In this document: positions 24,193-35,187 of the stretch, piece by piece
Layout: each line of letters begins with the position of its first letter
How positions within the stretch are numbered: the stretch's first letter is position 1
Source: Ascoidea asiatica JCM 7603
Taxonomy: Eukaryota > Fungi > Ascomycota
Length of the DNA stretch: 64,000 nucleotides
NCBI GenBank assembly: GCA_001600695.1
Contig: BCKQ01000003.1
Span: 1,090,654 to 1,154,653, forward strand
Direction of reading: 5' to 3'
Notes under the pieces: model-generated
What the model was told of the DNA's origin: nothing
The model's database searches: none
Seen by the model: only the letters and a program-made list of their open reading frames with translations
Program-made: the position numbers and the translations under genes

Positions 24193-24689
24193 TATGAATA
24201 TATTTGTAATTATGTATTTGTAATTATATTTGAGATTAAATATTTATGTTTATATTTGTTTTTTATATTATTATTATGATGATTGTTATTGTGGTAAAGA
24301 TAAATTAAAGTAAAATTTTAATAAAAAAAAGGAAGCAAATAAAGTATTTATATAAGAAGGATATTGAGGAAACTAATGAAATCAAAAATATAAACAAAGA
24401 GAATATTAAAAGATTATTTTCAAATTAAGCATATCACAATGGCATATTTTATTAAATATGAACTGATTTCAAAACGATTTACAAAAATTATTTTGACTTG
24501 AAATTGAAATTGAAATTAAGTTTGACGAGATAAAAGAGGAAACTGTTAACTTCACTAGTATTTATCAGTATTATTATTACCAGTAATCAGTCTAATGGCA
24601 TAATTAAGTATTGTTTAACGTTATAAATAAAAGTTTGTGAATTTTATTTATGAATAAAAGATATATAAATTGGTGACATTGAAATTAGA

Positions 24690-25560
24690 GTTGGCCAATC
24701 AGCAAGCAGACCGGGCTCAGTTCACTGATCGTTTTGATAAGAAGTTTACCTTTTTGTCCCAAAATCGAAATTTGACATGGGAAGTTTGAAGAAGTGGCAA
24801 GAAGAAGTTTCAGGGAAAAGCGAATGAAGCTCAGAGAAAGCAAGAAATACCTCTCAGACGTTTTCATACTCTCTTTCGTTTGTTCCTTCTTCGTTCATTT
24901 GCCGATTCACAATCGATTTGCAATGTAATTGAAAAAGATCAAGGAGGAAAAGTTGGAGAAAGAAAAGCAAATGGTGTTTTTTGGTGGCAAAGACAGGTCA
25001 TGGCCCAGTCGCTTGAACTTTCTTCCACGACTCAGCAAGAAATCTCCGGACACAAAAACCGAAAAAGTGAGGAATTATTGAATTATTGAATTGTTGAAGC
25101 TGAAGCTGGGACTTTGCAGAGTAAGAGCAATTCATCAGCAATTTCGTGAAGAAATTGAGCTCCGAAGAGATTCGCCACAAAAACGTACGATTTTTTCCAG
25201 GCCGAACCTGCGCAACACAAACAAAAGAACAATTTTCGAAACGCGTAAACACTTAAAACGCGTAAAACGCGTAAAACAACCCCGGGCGGGCTTTGTTGCA
25301 GCAGGACACTTGTAAAGAACTGCAGAATATCACTACCAGATCTATGGAGCCACACTTTCCTCGTATCACTCGGCTAATAATTGCACTCTCGTAAAGGAAC
25401 GAAAGAATGCCACAGTACGCCATGTTGTGCCACAATTTGCTAACAACTTTTCGTTTATTCGTTTCATTACCTCGGGTTATACACAAAATACAATTTTGTT
25501 TGAAGCAATGCACGTGGCACTTGGTCTTGTATTTCGAACCGGATCTGAGTGCAAAAAAAA
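24690..25560. promoter_or_regulatory. Motif-dense divergent promoter island
   Basis: GGTGGCAAA (PACE) 24983-24991; ACGCGT (MCB) x3 at 25241, 25258, 25267; GACACAAAA 25049 and GCCACAAAA 25174 (MSE-like); CACGTG ~25511; CCAAT ~24695. Confidence 0.7.
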
Positions 25561-25758
25561 TAGATATAATTACGTAAGCTCTTATGTCAGCTCTAAACCA
25601 TATTTTAGAAATAATTTAAAAGGAGGCAATATATGAAATACATCATTTTATCACAATTTAAAACAACAACAACAACAACAATAACAACAAAAACTAGGAA
25701 TTGGTAATTGTTATTCTAAGTTAAGTTAACTTTAAATTAATGAATACTGTTTTAAATA

Positions 25759-27156
25759 ATGGATGAAATATCAAATGATACACTCAATTACAATTCAATT
25801 TCTTCAAATACAATTTTAAAGATTTTAAAATTTCAAGATTTATTATCAAGTTTAAATAAATTTAATTTTTTGAAAAAATTTAAAAATTCAATTGATTTTG
25901 AAAAGTTAATTTATAAAGAAATTCCAATTGATTCTAAATTAATTTCAAATCATTCAAATATTGAATTAATTAAATTTTATTCAAATGATTTCAACAATTC
26001 TATTGAAAATGAAAATGAAAATGAAAATGAACTAAATAATAATGAAATTTATTTAAATTGTTTAAGAATTAAAAATAAAAACAATATTAAAAAAAATGAT
26101 TATACAAATCCCTTAATAATTTTAATTCCAGGTTTAGGTGGTCAATTAGTTCAGTTTCAAAATATTATTCAAGATTTATTAAATTTTAAATCAATTAATA
26201 ATAATCAATTCTTTGATATTTTTGGAATTGATTTACCTGGTTTTGGATATTCAAAAATTAAAAAAAATAATGGTAAATTATTTAAAAAAATAAATGAAAA
26301 TGATTTAAAAAATTTAAAAAATTCAATATTTAAATTAATTAAAAATAATAATAATTCAATTACAATTAATTCAATTTCAAAAATTTTATATTCAATAATA
26401 ATAAATAAAAATGATTCATTTTTTAAATTTAGAAAAAAAATTATTTTAATTTCACATTCTCTAGGTACTCATATTTCTTTTAATTTAATAAATCTTTTTA
26501 ATAAAAATATTATTAATAATAATCAAGAAATAAAAATTTCAATTGATTCATTGATTTTATTATCACCTCCTTCAATATCCAATAATTTTAATTCTCAAAT
26601 AAATGATTTAAATTCAAATAAATTTATAAATAATGTAAAAAATTTTTCAATTTCATTAATTTTTAAAATCTTTAATTATTATCCAAAATTATTTGATATT
26701 ATAAGAAAATTTGATAGAATTAATGGATTAAATTCAATTTCTATCAATAGATCCATATTTAATAAAACCATTATTATTAATAAAATTAATCAATATAGAT
26801 TAAATATTGATGTTGATAGTTATATTTGGTTAAAATATTTTAATGGTATAAAATTTAATAAAAATCGAAAAGATTTGAATTTACATTTAAATTCAATATT
26901 ATTAAATTATTTAAAATTGAATAAAAATATTAAAAATTTGAATATTTTAATAATTTCTGGTAAAAATGATAAAATAACTCCTTTTAATGAATCTTCATTA
27001 AGTATTTTCAATATTCTCAATAACAATAATAGTCCAAATAATTTAAAAGATTCTAAACTAAATATTTCTTTAGCTCCAATTGAAAATTGCGGACATTCTT
27101 TATTTCTTGATCAACCAATAGAATTATCAAATAGAATTTTGAAATTTTTAGAATAA
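25759..27156 (+). CDS. Alpha/beta-hydrolase fold protein
   Basis: ILIPGLGG, IDLPGFGYS, nucleophile elbow ISHSLG, acid ISGKNDKITP, catalytic His ENCGHSLFLDQP. Confidence 0.85.
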   Translation: MDEISNDTLNYNSISSNTILKILKFQDLLSSLNKFNFLKKFKNSIDFEKLIYKEIPIDSKLISNHSNIELIKFYSNDFNNSIENENENENELNNNEIYLNCLRIKNKNNIKKNDYTNPLIILIPGLGGQLVQFQNIIQDLLNFKSINNNQFFDIFGIDLPGFGYSKIKKNNGKLFKKINENDLKNLKNSIFKLIKNNNNSITINSISKILYSIIINKNDSFFKFRKKIILISHSLGTHISFNLINLFNKNIINNNQEIKISIDSLILLSPPSISNNFNSQINDLNSNKFINNVKNFSISLIFKIFNYYPKLFDIIRKFDRINGLNSISINRSIFNKTIIINKINQYRLNIDVDSYIWLKYFNGIKFNKNRKDLNLHLNSILLNYLKLNKNIKNLNILIISGKNDKITPFNESSLSIFNILNNNNSPNNLKDSKLNISLAPIENCGHSLFLDQPIELSNRILKFLE

Positions 27157-30100
27157 TGTAACTTTGATATTATTTATTATTTATTTACTATCCGATAAAG
27201 ACCATTGGATATAAATCAATCATTATAACATGGTTCGAGAATAACTTTGATAAAATAATTGAATTTTATATGTTTATGCACAATTATTATATGGATTATC
27301 AAAAATTATTAAGAATTATCAAAAATTATTAAGAATTATCAGCGATTATTAAAGTGAAAAAAGAAATTAATTTTGTTATTTGGACCAATGAAATCATTCC
27401 GTTAGAAATAGAATGGTATTGATGTTTGAATATTATTCTATATAAGAGTAAATTTGAATTTAGAATGGAATTAGAGTTAAATTAAATCCAAGCTTTCGGT
27501 TCACAAAGTTGTAGAAGTAAATAAGTTTTCTTTTAACAAATGTTATCCTTGTATCGTTTCCTGGAATCGCAACTTTAACGCGGGTACAGGCACGGCAAAC
27601 GGCTGCAAATCTTGCAGTTTCAAAGTTAGGACATCAAGGTTGCAGGCTAAGTGTAAACTTAAAATGTTTTTGAGTTTATGAACAGATTGCATATTTTTAA
27701 TTAACGTCGTCGACATTTGAGCTCGGCAATTAGTTAAGTTTGATTATTACTCTGGTTCAATTGTAAAAAAGTATTCAAATTGAAATTTAAAATAAATTAA
27801 TTAATGTAAAAGAGTCCTAAATATTCAATTTCATTATTAATTAAAACATTTTTGTTATTTTGGATTTGCGTTAAAACAGGGTGAACTTCTATTTATTTTT
27901 TTTTTTTATTTTCTTTTTATTTTTTTATTTTTCAAATTTGGCTTAAAGTTAATTTGAATTTTTATGCTGATCTGTTATAAGGTGTAAGTTTTATACTAGT
28001 TGGTTAGTTTAATTAAAAATTATATTTACCTTGGATGGAGGGCTCAAAGAATTGTTTTTTATTCAACTAATATTAATTCACGAATTTTTCTTCGGTCATT
28101 ATCTTATTTCAATATGTCATAGAAAGTACTATTGATAAAAAAAAACTTAAATTAAAAAAAGTTTTCTAGATTTATTTCGGGGACTAAATAAAAAAAATGG
28201 CATATTTTTTATCAATGATGAATGGCTTTTTTCTTTTTCCTTTCACTTGGTATGAAAGTAGTATTGTTTTTCTGGTAAATTATTTTTAAATTTAACATCA
28301 CAATGGAAATGTTAGGTTTAATATGAAATTTGATGTTTTATTAACAATGGCAAAATTAACTCAATTACTAATCTCTTTTGATAAAATGTTAACAATCAAT
28401 TTCAATAATAAATTTCAATAATCAATTTCAATAATCTATTAGTTGTTGTGAGACATAGATATGCTGCCTCCTGCATTTTTTAGTGGTTCAAGGAGCTTAC
28501 CACAACATTTTCTGGGATGGAATTAATGTAAACTGACTTCGAATAGGTGTCGAGTAACGTTTTTTAGCGTACACTTGAATAATAATCAAATGAAAATAAA
28601 AATAAAAATAAAAATAAAAATAAAAATAAAAATAACAATGGCAAAGATACAACTAAATGAAATGAAATGAAGTGAATTGAAATTAATCAAAATGAAATAT
28701 CAAATAGGTGGCAAAAAAAAAATATTTTTCTATTGTTTAATTTACATTTCGTAAGTTCACGAATGAAAGGCAGGTATAAAGTCTCGTCGATGAACACATT
28801 ATGCCATTCTCCCCTCTTTTAAGAGATGATTGTCAGTAATTGGATAAAATGAAATTCTGTGTAAATATAATGATATATATCTAACTACTTATATACCTCT
28901 TTATATTATATATTCAGGAATATAAATATATATAATGCAGAAAAACATGGTGATACTTGTAAATTACTATATATTTATATAGTAGAAGTACTAAACAACA
29001 ACCAATATAACTTTCATTATAACATATTTTCAATGCACAATTATTAATTTAATCTTATTGGTACTGTCAAAGAAGAAATGTATACTGTAATACAAATACA
29101 ATTCAACCATAAAAGTGATGTTTGTGTAGTATTTTCAATACTGTAGATGTATATGTTATATTAACAATTACTATTCTTACTATTCGTAATTGAAACTCAC
29201 TAAAAACATGGAAAATTTTGAAAAAAAGCCATGAATTTTGATTGAAATTATACAATATGGAACTAAAATATTATTTTGAATTGGAAGAAATTGATTTTTT
29301 GTATATTGGAATAAAAAGAAGATTGACTAGCAATACTTTTACATTAGTTATAGTACTTGCATCACTATAAGTAAATACTTCTAACCACAAATTTAAAAGT
29401 CGCCTTGGAACTACTGCAAAATATTTCGAGAAAATGAGTTCTTTGCTTGTGAGAAAATTTTTAATTGGTGAAAAAGTTTTAGAATAACATTTCACTAAAA
29501 ATTAGTCATATTCAATACGATACAATAAATCCTATTCTTCGTACAAAACTAAATACAGTACACACAATATAAAATATAAAATATAAAATATAAAAAATAT
29601 TTTCAATGAAATATCCGAAAAAGACATGTTAAATAATGTATGAAAAATACTTACTTTAATATATAACCTTGAAAACAAATCATTAGTGTGCTGAAATGGC
29701 GAGAACTAAATAGAATGAAAAACAAAACTAAAGAGTCAAATTTCAGCTATTTAAAAGTAAAGTACCAATCAAACGAGTGAGCTCTTCATAAGACCAAAAG
29801 AATACTTTTTTCAATCTAAAAGATATTCAAATTTAGTTTTTAAAATAATCTCCAATGGAGTGAATCCTTTTTTTCTACCCTTTAAACTTCTCTGGTTCTG
29901 GTTCTGAGTCTTAGACTAGTCAATCTTTTATAATGCCATTACTCAAGGTTGAAATTCTTGAGAAAAAAACCATTAGCACAAAAACAGAAGCATTATTATT
30001 TGCTATTTGGCAAGAAAGGTCTTTCACTACTTCACATAAATATTTTTATTTAACTGGGAATCTTTTATATGTGCTTGTGCTCTGATAATATATTAATACT

Positions 30101-30601
30101 TACTCTTAATCTTATACCGACAGTGATATAACCTTCGGTATTTTTCATGGATTTAGGTTTCCTGCCTAACAGCAGACGCTTAAAGAAGTAGAACCTAAAA
30201 TCTTATTTGTTTTCAGCCTTAATCTGGAAAAGCTCCAACGTACCAAGACCTTACAGAAATGAGCAGTAGTTAGAAGAAACGTAAAAGATGCGCTGGAAAT
30301 ACACCATTACCTCCAAGACCTGTTCACGTTTTTAACTTTCAAAAGCTTCACCATAAATTCGTACGTGTACCAAATTTCTCTGGTAATTAATAAGTGACTC
30401 CTGATGGTTAAGTTGGTATGTTTTTTTATTTTTTGAAATAGATAGAAGACTATCTAATATCAAAAAGAGACTCAGACATACTGTCTGCAGTCCTGCATCA
30501 GGATGCTGAGTCACACCCTAATTTGGTACTGCTTTACCTCCTCCACAGCGCGTCGATTGCAATTTCTGGGATTCTTTTGCGTTTGCCGTACTCGCAGTTA
30601 C

Positions 30602-30635
30602 AGTTGCGGTTGTAGCCACGGCTACAACCGCAACT
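30602..30635. repeat. Perfect 16-bp inverted repeat with 2-nt spacer
   Basis: AGTTGCGGTTGTAGCC-AC-GGCTACAACCGCAACT. Confidence 0.95.
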
Positions 30636-31634
30636 TCAGCCGCTACCACAACCGCAACCACAACCACTCCCATTCTTTCTCAATTCGATAAAAAGAGAAT
30701 AAACAGATAAAAAACAGATAAAAACAAACAATGAAATGAAAAAAAAAGTGGTATTGTTCCCGAATGGGTTTCTGCCGAGACTTTTTCAAATAAAATAATA
30801 AAAAGATAAAGGAATTTTTAAAATAAGAATCCAATCAGAGAAGAATATAAGCAAATATACTATTAAATATATCAAAGTTTAAAAATTTTTATGGCTCTGG
30901 TTTGTTTGTCAGTCCTTGCTTTATCTTTTTTCTTTTTTTGGGTCCTTGGAGTCTGAGACTTTTTAGTTTGGATTCTATTTCACCTATAAATAATATCTGA
31001 GATTCTGTTGCTTGAGAATCACCACGTCTACTGCCTCTTATCTGTTATCTTAAATATTGGATATAGAATATTGAATATTGAATATTGAATACTTTTTGAT
31101 ATCTGAAAATGTTTTTTGAAATAGCTCCGATTTTATTTGGCTCTATCTAGTTATTGGGCTTGGGTATTGAAATAAACTAAATGTAAACTGGACTATACGA
31201 AAATTAGGAACGTGGAAATATGAGAAAGGGAATTCCTTGAACAGTTGTAAATAATTCAATTGAATCTAATATTTTCTATTTAATTTTTGGTTCTTTTTTA
31301 GTAAATTCACTAAAACTACTGTAAATCATTTGATTTCTTGAAAGTAAAAGAATTCACTCTTTTCTTTTTTGTTAAATTTCTTAATTTTCTTAAGGAAAAA
31401 ATTTAATATAAATTAAACATCTTTTTCATCATTTTGAGTTAAATTTTATTTTTCATTTTTTTAGTTTTTATTTGAAATAAAAAAAAGAAAAAAACGAGAG
31501 TTGTAATAATTTTATTTTATTTAAAAATATAAATTGATTTTTTTTACTTTGGCTCTTTCAATTGATATATAATAAAAAATAATTCAATAAGTAAATTAGT
31601 TATTCTTATACAGTAACAGTAAAGTTAAAAAGAT

Positions 31635-33578
31635 ATGAAGTCAACAAGAAGTGCAATGCAATTGAATAATATCCTAAATAAAGAAGAAGATTTAATTAAT
31701 TCTTCTAAAACTTTTAATTTTATTCAACTAAATAGGAATACAATCTCTAATCACACTCTAAATGATAATAATCATAATAATAATAATAATAATAATGAAA
31801 ACAATAATAATGATAAAAATTATTTGAAATTATCACTTGAACAAAATATTAATGATTCAAATTCTAATTCAAATTCAAATTCAAATTCAAATTCTCCTTT
31901 AAAAATCAATTTCGCTTCAAATAATAATATTTCTAAAAATTATACTCTTAATTCAATTTCACCAAAATCAACTTCATTTCCATTTTCAGTTTCATATTCA
32001 TATTCAAAATTAAAATTAAATTCATTTTCAGACTCTTACTCTAATTTAAATTCTTACTCATATTCTAATTCTAATTCTAATTCTAATTTTAATCATAATT
32101 CTAATTCAAGTTCCATTTCCAATTCAAATCCAAATTCAAATCCAAACCCAAATTTTGTATTAACTTCAAATCAATTCAATTATAATGATAATTATTCTTT
32201 AAGTTCTGATAATAATCATAATAAAAATCATACTTATTTACCTCCACTTTTTCCAAAATCTAATATTATAATTCCGTGTAAAACTAATTTTGAATATAAT
32301 AATGAATTAAATAATAATAATTTTAAAAGAAGAAATACTTTAGATGAAAATTTATTTACATCTTCAAATAATTTCATAAATTCTCCAATTATTGATCAAC
32401 TGGTTTATTCTCCAACCGAATATCAAATAAATTCATTTTCTTTTAATTCAAATGATAATCCTAATTCAAATGATGATAATCTTAAATTTAAAAATAATTT
32501 CAATCAAATTTCTTCAAGTCCAATAGAATTCCAAAACTCTAATTCATTTAGTGAAAATAATAAAAGAACTAGAGATAAATTTGAATTTGAATTTGAATAT
32601 AAGTATGAATATGATTATCAAAATCAAAATCAAAAGAAAGATCAAAAAGAAGAAGAATTTATTGATAAAAAATTTAAGTTGAATTCATTTAAATTAGAAA
32701 GTTTTAATAAATTTAATAATATGAGTATAAATAATGAATATCATAATCAAAATCAAAAACAAAATTATCTTAAATTGGCAAAAAAAAGACATTATAAACC
32801 ATATCAAACTGCAACTTCAATTCAAAAACGTACTGGTAGTAAAAGACCACAAGGTAGACCTTTTACATCACATCTTCAAGCAAGATTTGTACTTCATAAA
32901 GATCTTAAAAGTTTATTTTCTTCATTAACTAAAAAACAACATACAAAATATTCAAAAATTCAAAAATTTCAACTGGTTTCAAAAAATTTTAATATAAATT
33001 TTAATTCAAATATAAAATATACTGAATTTTCAAATTATTCAAATTTTTCAACAAAAATGAAACAATTAAAATTTGAAGAAAATAAAAATATTGAAAATAA
33101 AGGTAATTTTGAAAATGAAGAATGTTTTGAGAATGATATTCATAAAGAATTATTAAAAGTATTTGATATTAAAGATTTATCATTTGTAAAAGTAATAAGA
33201 GATTGTAATAGTAAGATTATAAAATTGGAAACATTTAGACCATTAGAAAATGATTTAAATATATATTTTGAAGATTTGTTAGATTGTAAGATAAATAAAT
33301 TGAATTATAATTTAAAAATGAATGAAAAAAGTGAAAAAAGTGAAAAATATGAAAAAAAAAATAATTTTTTATCTAAAAACAAAAATAAAATTTGTACAGC
33401 AGAATGGATTAAAAAAAATATAACATATCCAAGATATAAATCCAATATGAAAATTCATATCTTAAAAGGAGTTTATGATGAAATTATTTATAATGATAAT
33501 AGAATGTTGGAATGGGATATTTTAAATAATGACTTGAAAAGTTCCTACAAAAATATTTACTTAGCTAAAGAATCTTAA
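31635..33578 (+). CDS. Hypothetical protein, possible nuclear regulator (low-complexity N-terminus, basic globular C-terminal domain)
   Basis: 647-aa ORF with host-like codon usage; MQLNNILN N-terminal motif, (NS)n tracts, SP sites, basic patch KKRHYKPYQTATSIQKRTGSKRPQGRPFTSHLQARF. Family not recognised. Confidence 0.7.
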   Translation: MKSTRSAMQLNNILNKEEDLINSSKTFNFIQLNRNTISNHTLNDNNHNNNNNNNENNNNDKNYLKLSLEQNINDSNSNSNSNSNSNSPLKINFASNNNISKNYTLNSISPKSTSFPFSVSYSYSKLKLNSFSDSYSNLNSYSYSNSNSNSNFNHNSNSSSISNSNPNSNPNPNFVLTSNQFNYNDNYSLSSDNNHNKNHTYLPPLFPKSNIIIPCKTNFEYNNELNNNNFKRRNTLDENLFTSSNNFINSPIIDQLVYSPTEYQINSFSFNSNDNPNSNDDNLKFKNNFNQISSSPIEFQNSNSFSENNKRTRDKFEFEFEYKYEYDYQNQNQKKDQKEEEFIDKKFKLNSFKLESFNKFNNMSINNEYHNQNQKQNYLKLAKKRHYKPYQTATSIQKRTGSKRPQGRPFTSHLQARFVLHKDLKSLFSSLTKKQHTKYSKIQKFQLVSKNFNINFNSNIKYTEFSNYSNFSTKMKQLKFEENKNIENKGNFENEECFENDIHKELLKVFDIKDLSFVKVIRDCNSKIIKLETFRPLENDLNIYFEDLLDCKINKLNYNLKMNEKSEKSEKYEKKNNFLSKNKNKICTAEWIKKNITYPRYKSNMKIHILKGVYDEIIYNDNRMLEWDILNNDLKSSYKNIYLAKES

Positions 33579-34772
33579 CATTTATTCCCATAATTTTTTT
33601 TTCATTTAATTTTCAAATATCAAAATTTTTTATATTACGTTTAGCTAATGTTTTTTTCTCATACTTTTTTTTTTTACTCAAAATCACTATTTACTACTCA
33701 TAACTTGCATTGACATTACTTATTATTTATTTACTTATTTATTTATTTCATTTCTTATATATCACCCAGTATATTATATTATAATACTTTATTCACTCAA
33801 AATGTTTTATAGTATAACTTTTTATATTTTAAAATCACTGAAAAATAATGATTTTTGTAATAAATAAGGATTGTATAACATTTTTAAAGGAGATTATTTC
33901 AAAACATCTAACATTTCCTAATTTGAATATTAATTTGAATGAAATTTGACTGTTTTGACATCAACGTTAGATTTATTTGAACTGTTTAAGTTAACAAATT
34001 AAAAAGATTGAAACGTTAGTTCGATAAAGTTGGTACACAATAACATTAACGTTTTATATTAACGGTAAATTTTATCACATCACAAGGGACTTACGTTAAC
34101 GCAAGTTAAAAGTCCAAACTGAACTTTTTAAGTTTAAAATTATTAAACTAACACTAACGCAATTCACTGTACCTAGAGCATAAAAAAATCAAAGTTTACT
34201 TTACTTCAAAGCAGCATAGTGTACAATAATTTTAATACATCTGTAATTGAATGTAACCATGTGTAAATAAGAAAGTTACCATAGTAACAATCTACCCTGG
34301 TACAATAGACAATAGAATGAAACGTTAAATGATTCGTAGGGTTGGAAATTACTATAAAGAGAATTAATTAAAAAAAAATGGAGAACCTAAAAAGCAATTT
34401 ATGAAAGAAATTAAGATACTAAAAAGGATTTCCCAAGCAACAAATATGCGTAAGTGAAAACACAAAATCCATGGATAAAAATCAGGTTGAACGCCTGTAT
34501 CAAGATAAGAAAGTTTGTTTTCTTCTTTTGTCTTTTTGTTTTGTGGTTCAAAAACAATTCTGGCGTAGTAAAACCAGCTAAATCCAGAGGAAACAAAACA
34601 CAAACCCAGATATTCGAGAAAATAGCAGTTATTGCAGTCCTTTGTGGGTCAATTTGAAAGCAGCACTGTAGGCACAACAAAGGTGTTCAAATTGGTCGAG
34701 AAGGATTCCATTTTAGTTATGGCTACCAATTATAAGCAAAAATACCAACAATAAGAAAATAACTGTCACTCT

Positions 34773-34814
34773 GATAGCAGCTCGGATAGCAGCTCGGATA
34801 GCAGCTCAGATAAT
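34773..34814. repeat. 12-bp tandem repeat (GATAGCAGCTCG)x3.5 giving four phased GATA motifs
   Basis: Units start at 34773, 34785, 34797, 34809. Confidence 0.9.
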
Positions 34815-35187
34815 TTTCTTGGGGCCCAGCCAAGCAGACATGGCAACTGCAAAAAGTGGTGCCATAATCTCCACACGTTTCCAGCCTGGCGAGTGATGCT
34901 TCTTTCTCTTATATTTTCTTCTCTTTTTTTGTAGTGCGTCCTCGGTCGAAGCACGAAACAGTCCAGATACGAGTTGCCTCAAATACGAGCACACGAGCAC
35001 ACGAGCCACAGATGCAAATGCAAATGCAAATGCAATTGCAAATATGCCTGTTTTCCAAAAAAATAAATATTCATTTATCCGATCTCATGCTATATAATAC
35101 GAATGAATACAAACATTAGTGTTGTAAAAAAAAATACCTTTAATATTTTAGTTAATCTCTTTGAAACAGAGAATACTTTTAGAATAT

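Noticed and set aside
25520-25552. GGTTCGAA (B-box/T-loop-like) on the minus strand; also GGTTCGAG at ~27232
   Set aside because: No T-stem pairing or cloverleaf around it; not a tRNA.
24685-25636. Cluster of overlapping 60-90 aa ORFs on both strands (similar clusters at 17174-17760, 34364-35119, 40895-41403)
   Set aside because: Mostly non-ATG starts, atypical codon usage; by-product of locally higher GC in promoter islands.
28480-28505. GGAGCTTAC resembling the RNase MRP 3' conserved region
   Set aside because: No matching upstream GAAAGTC P4 strand at a suitable distance.
34773-34814. CRISPR-like array
   Set aside because: Eukaryotic context, 12-bp tandem units with no spacers.
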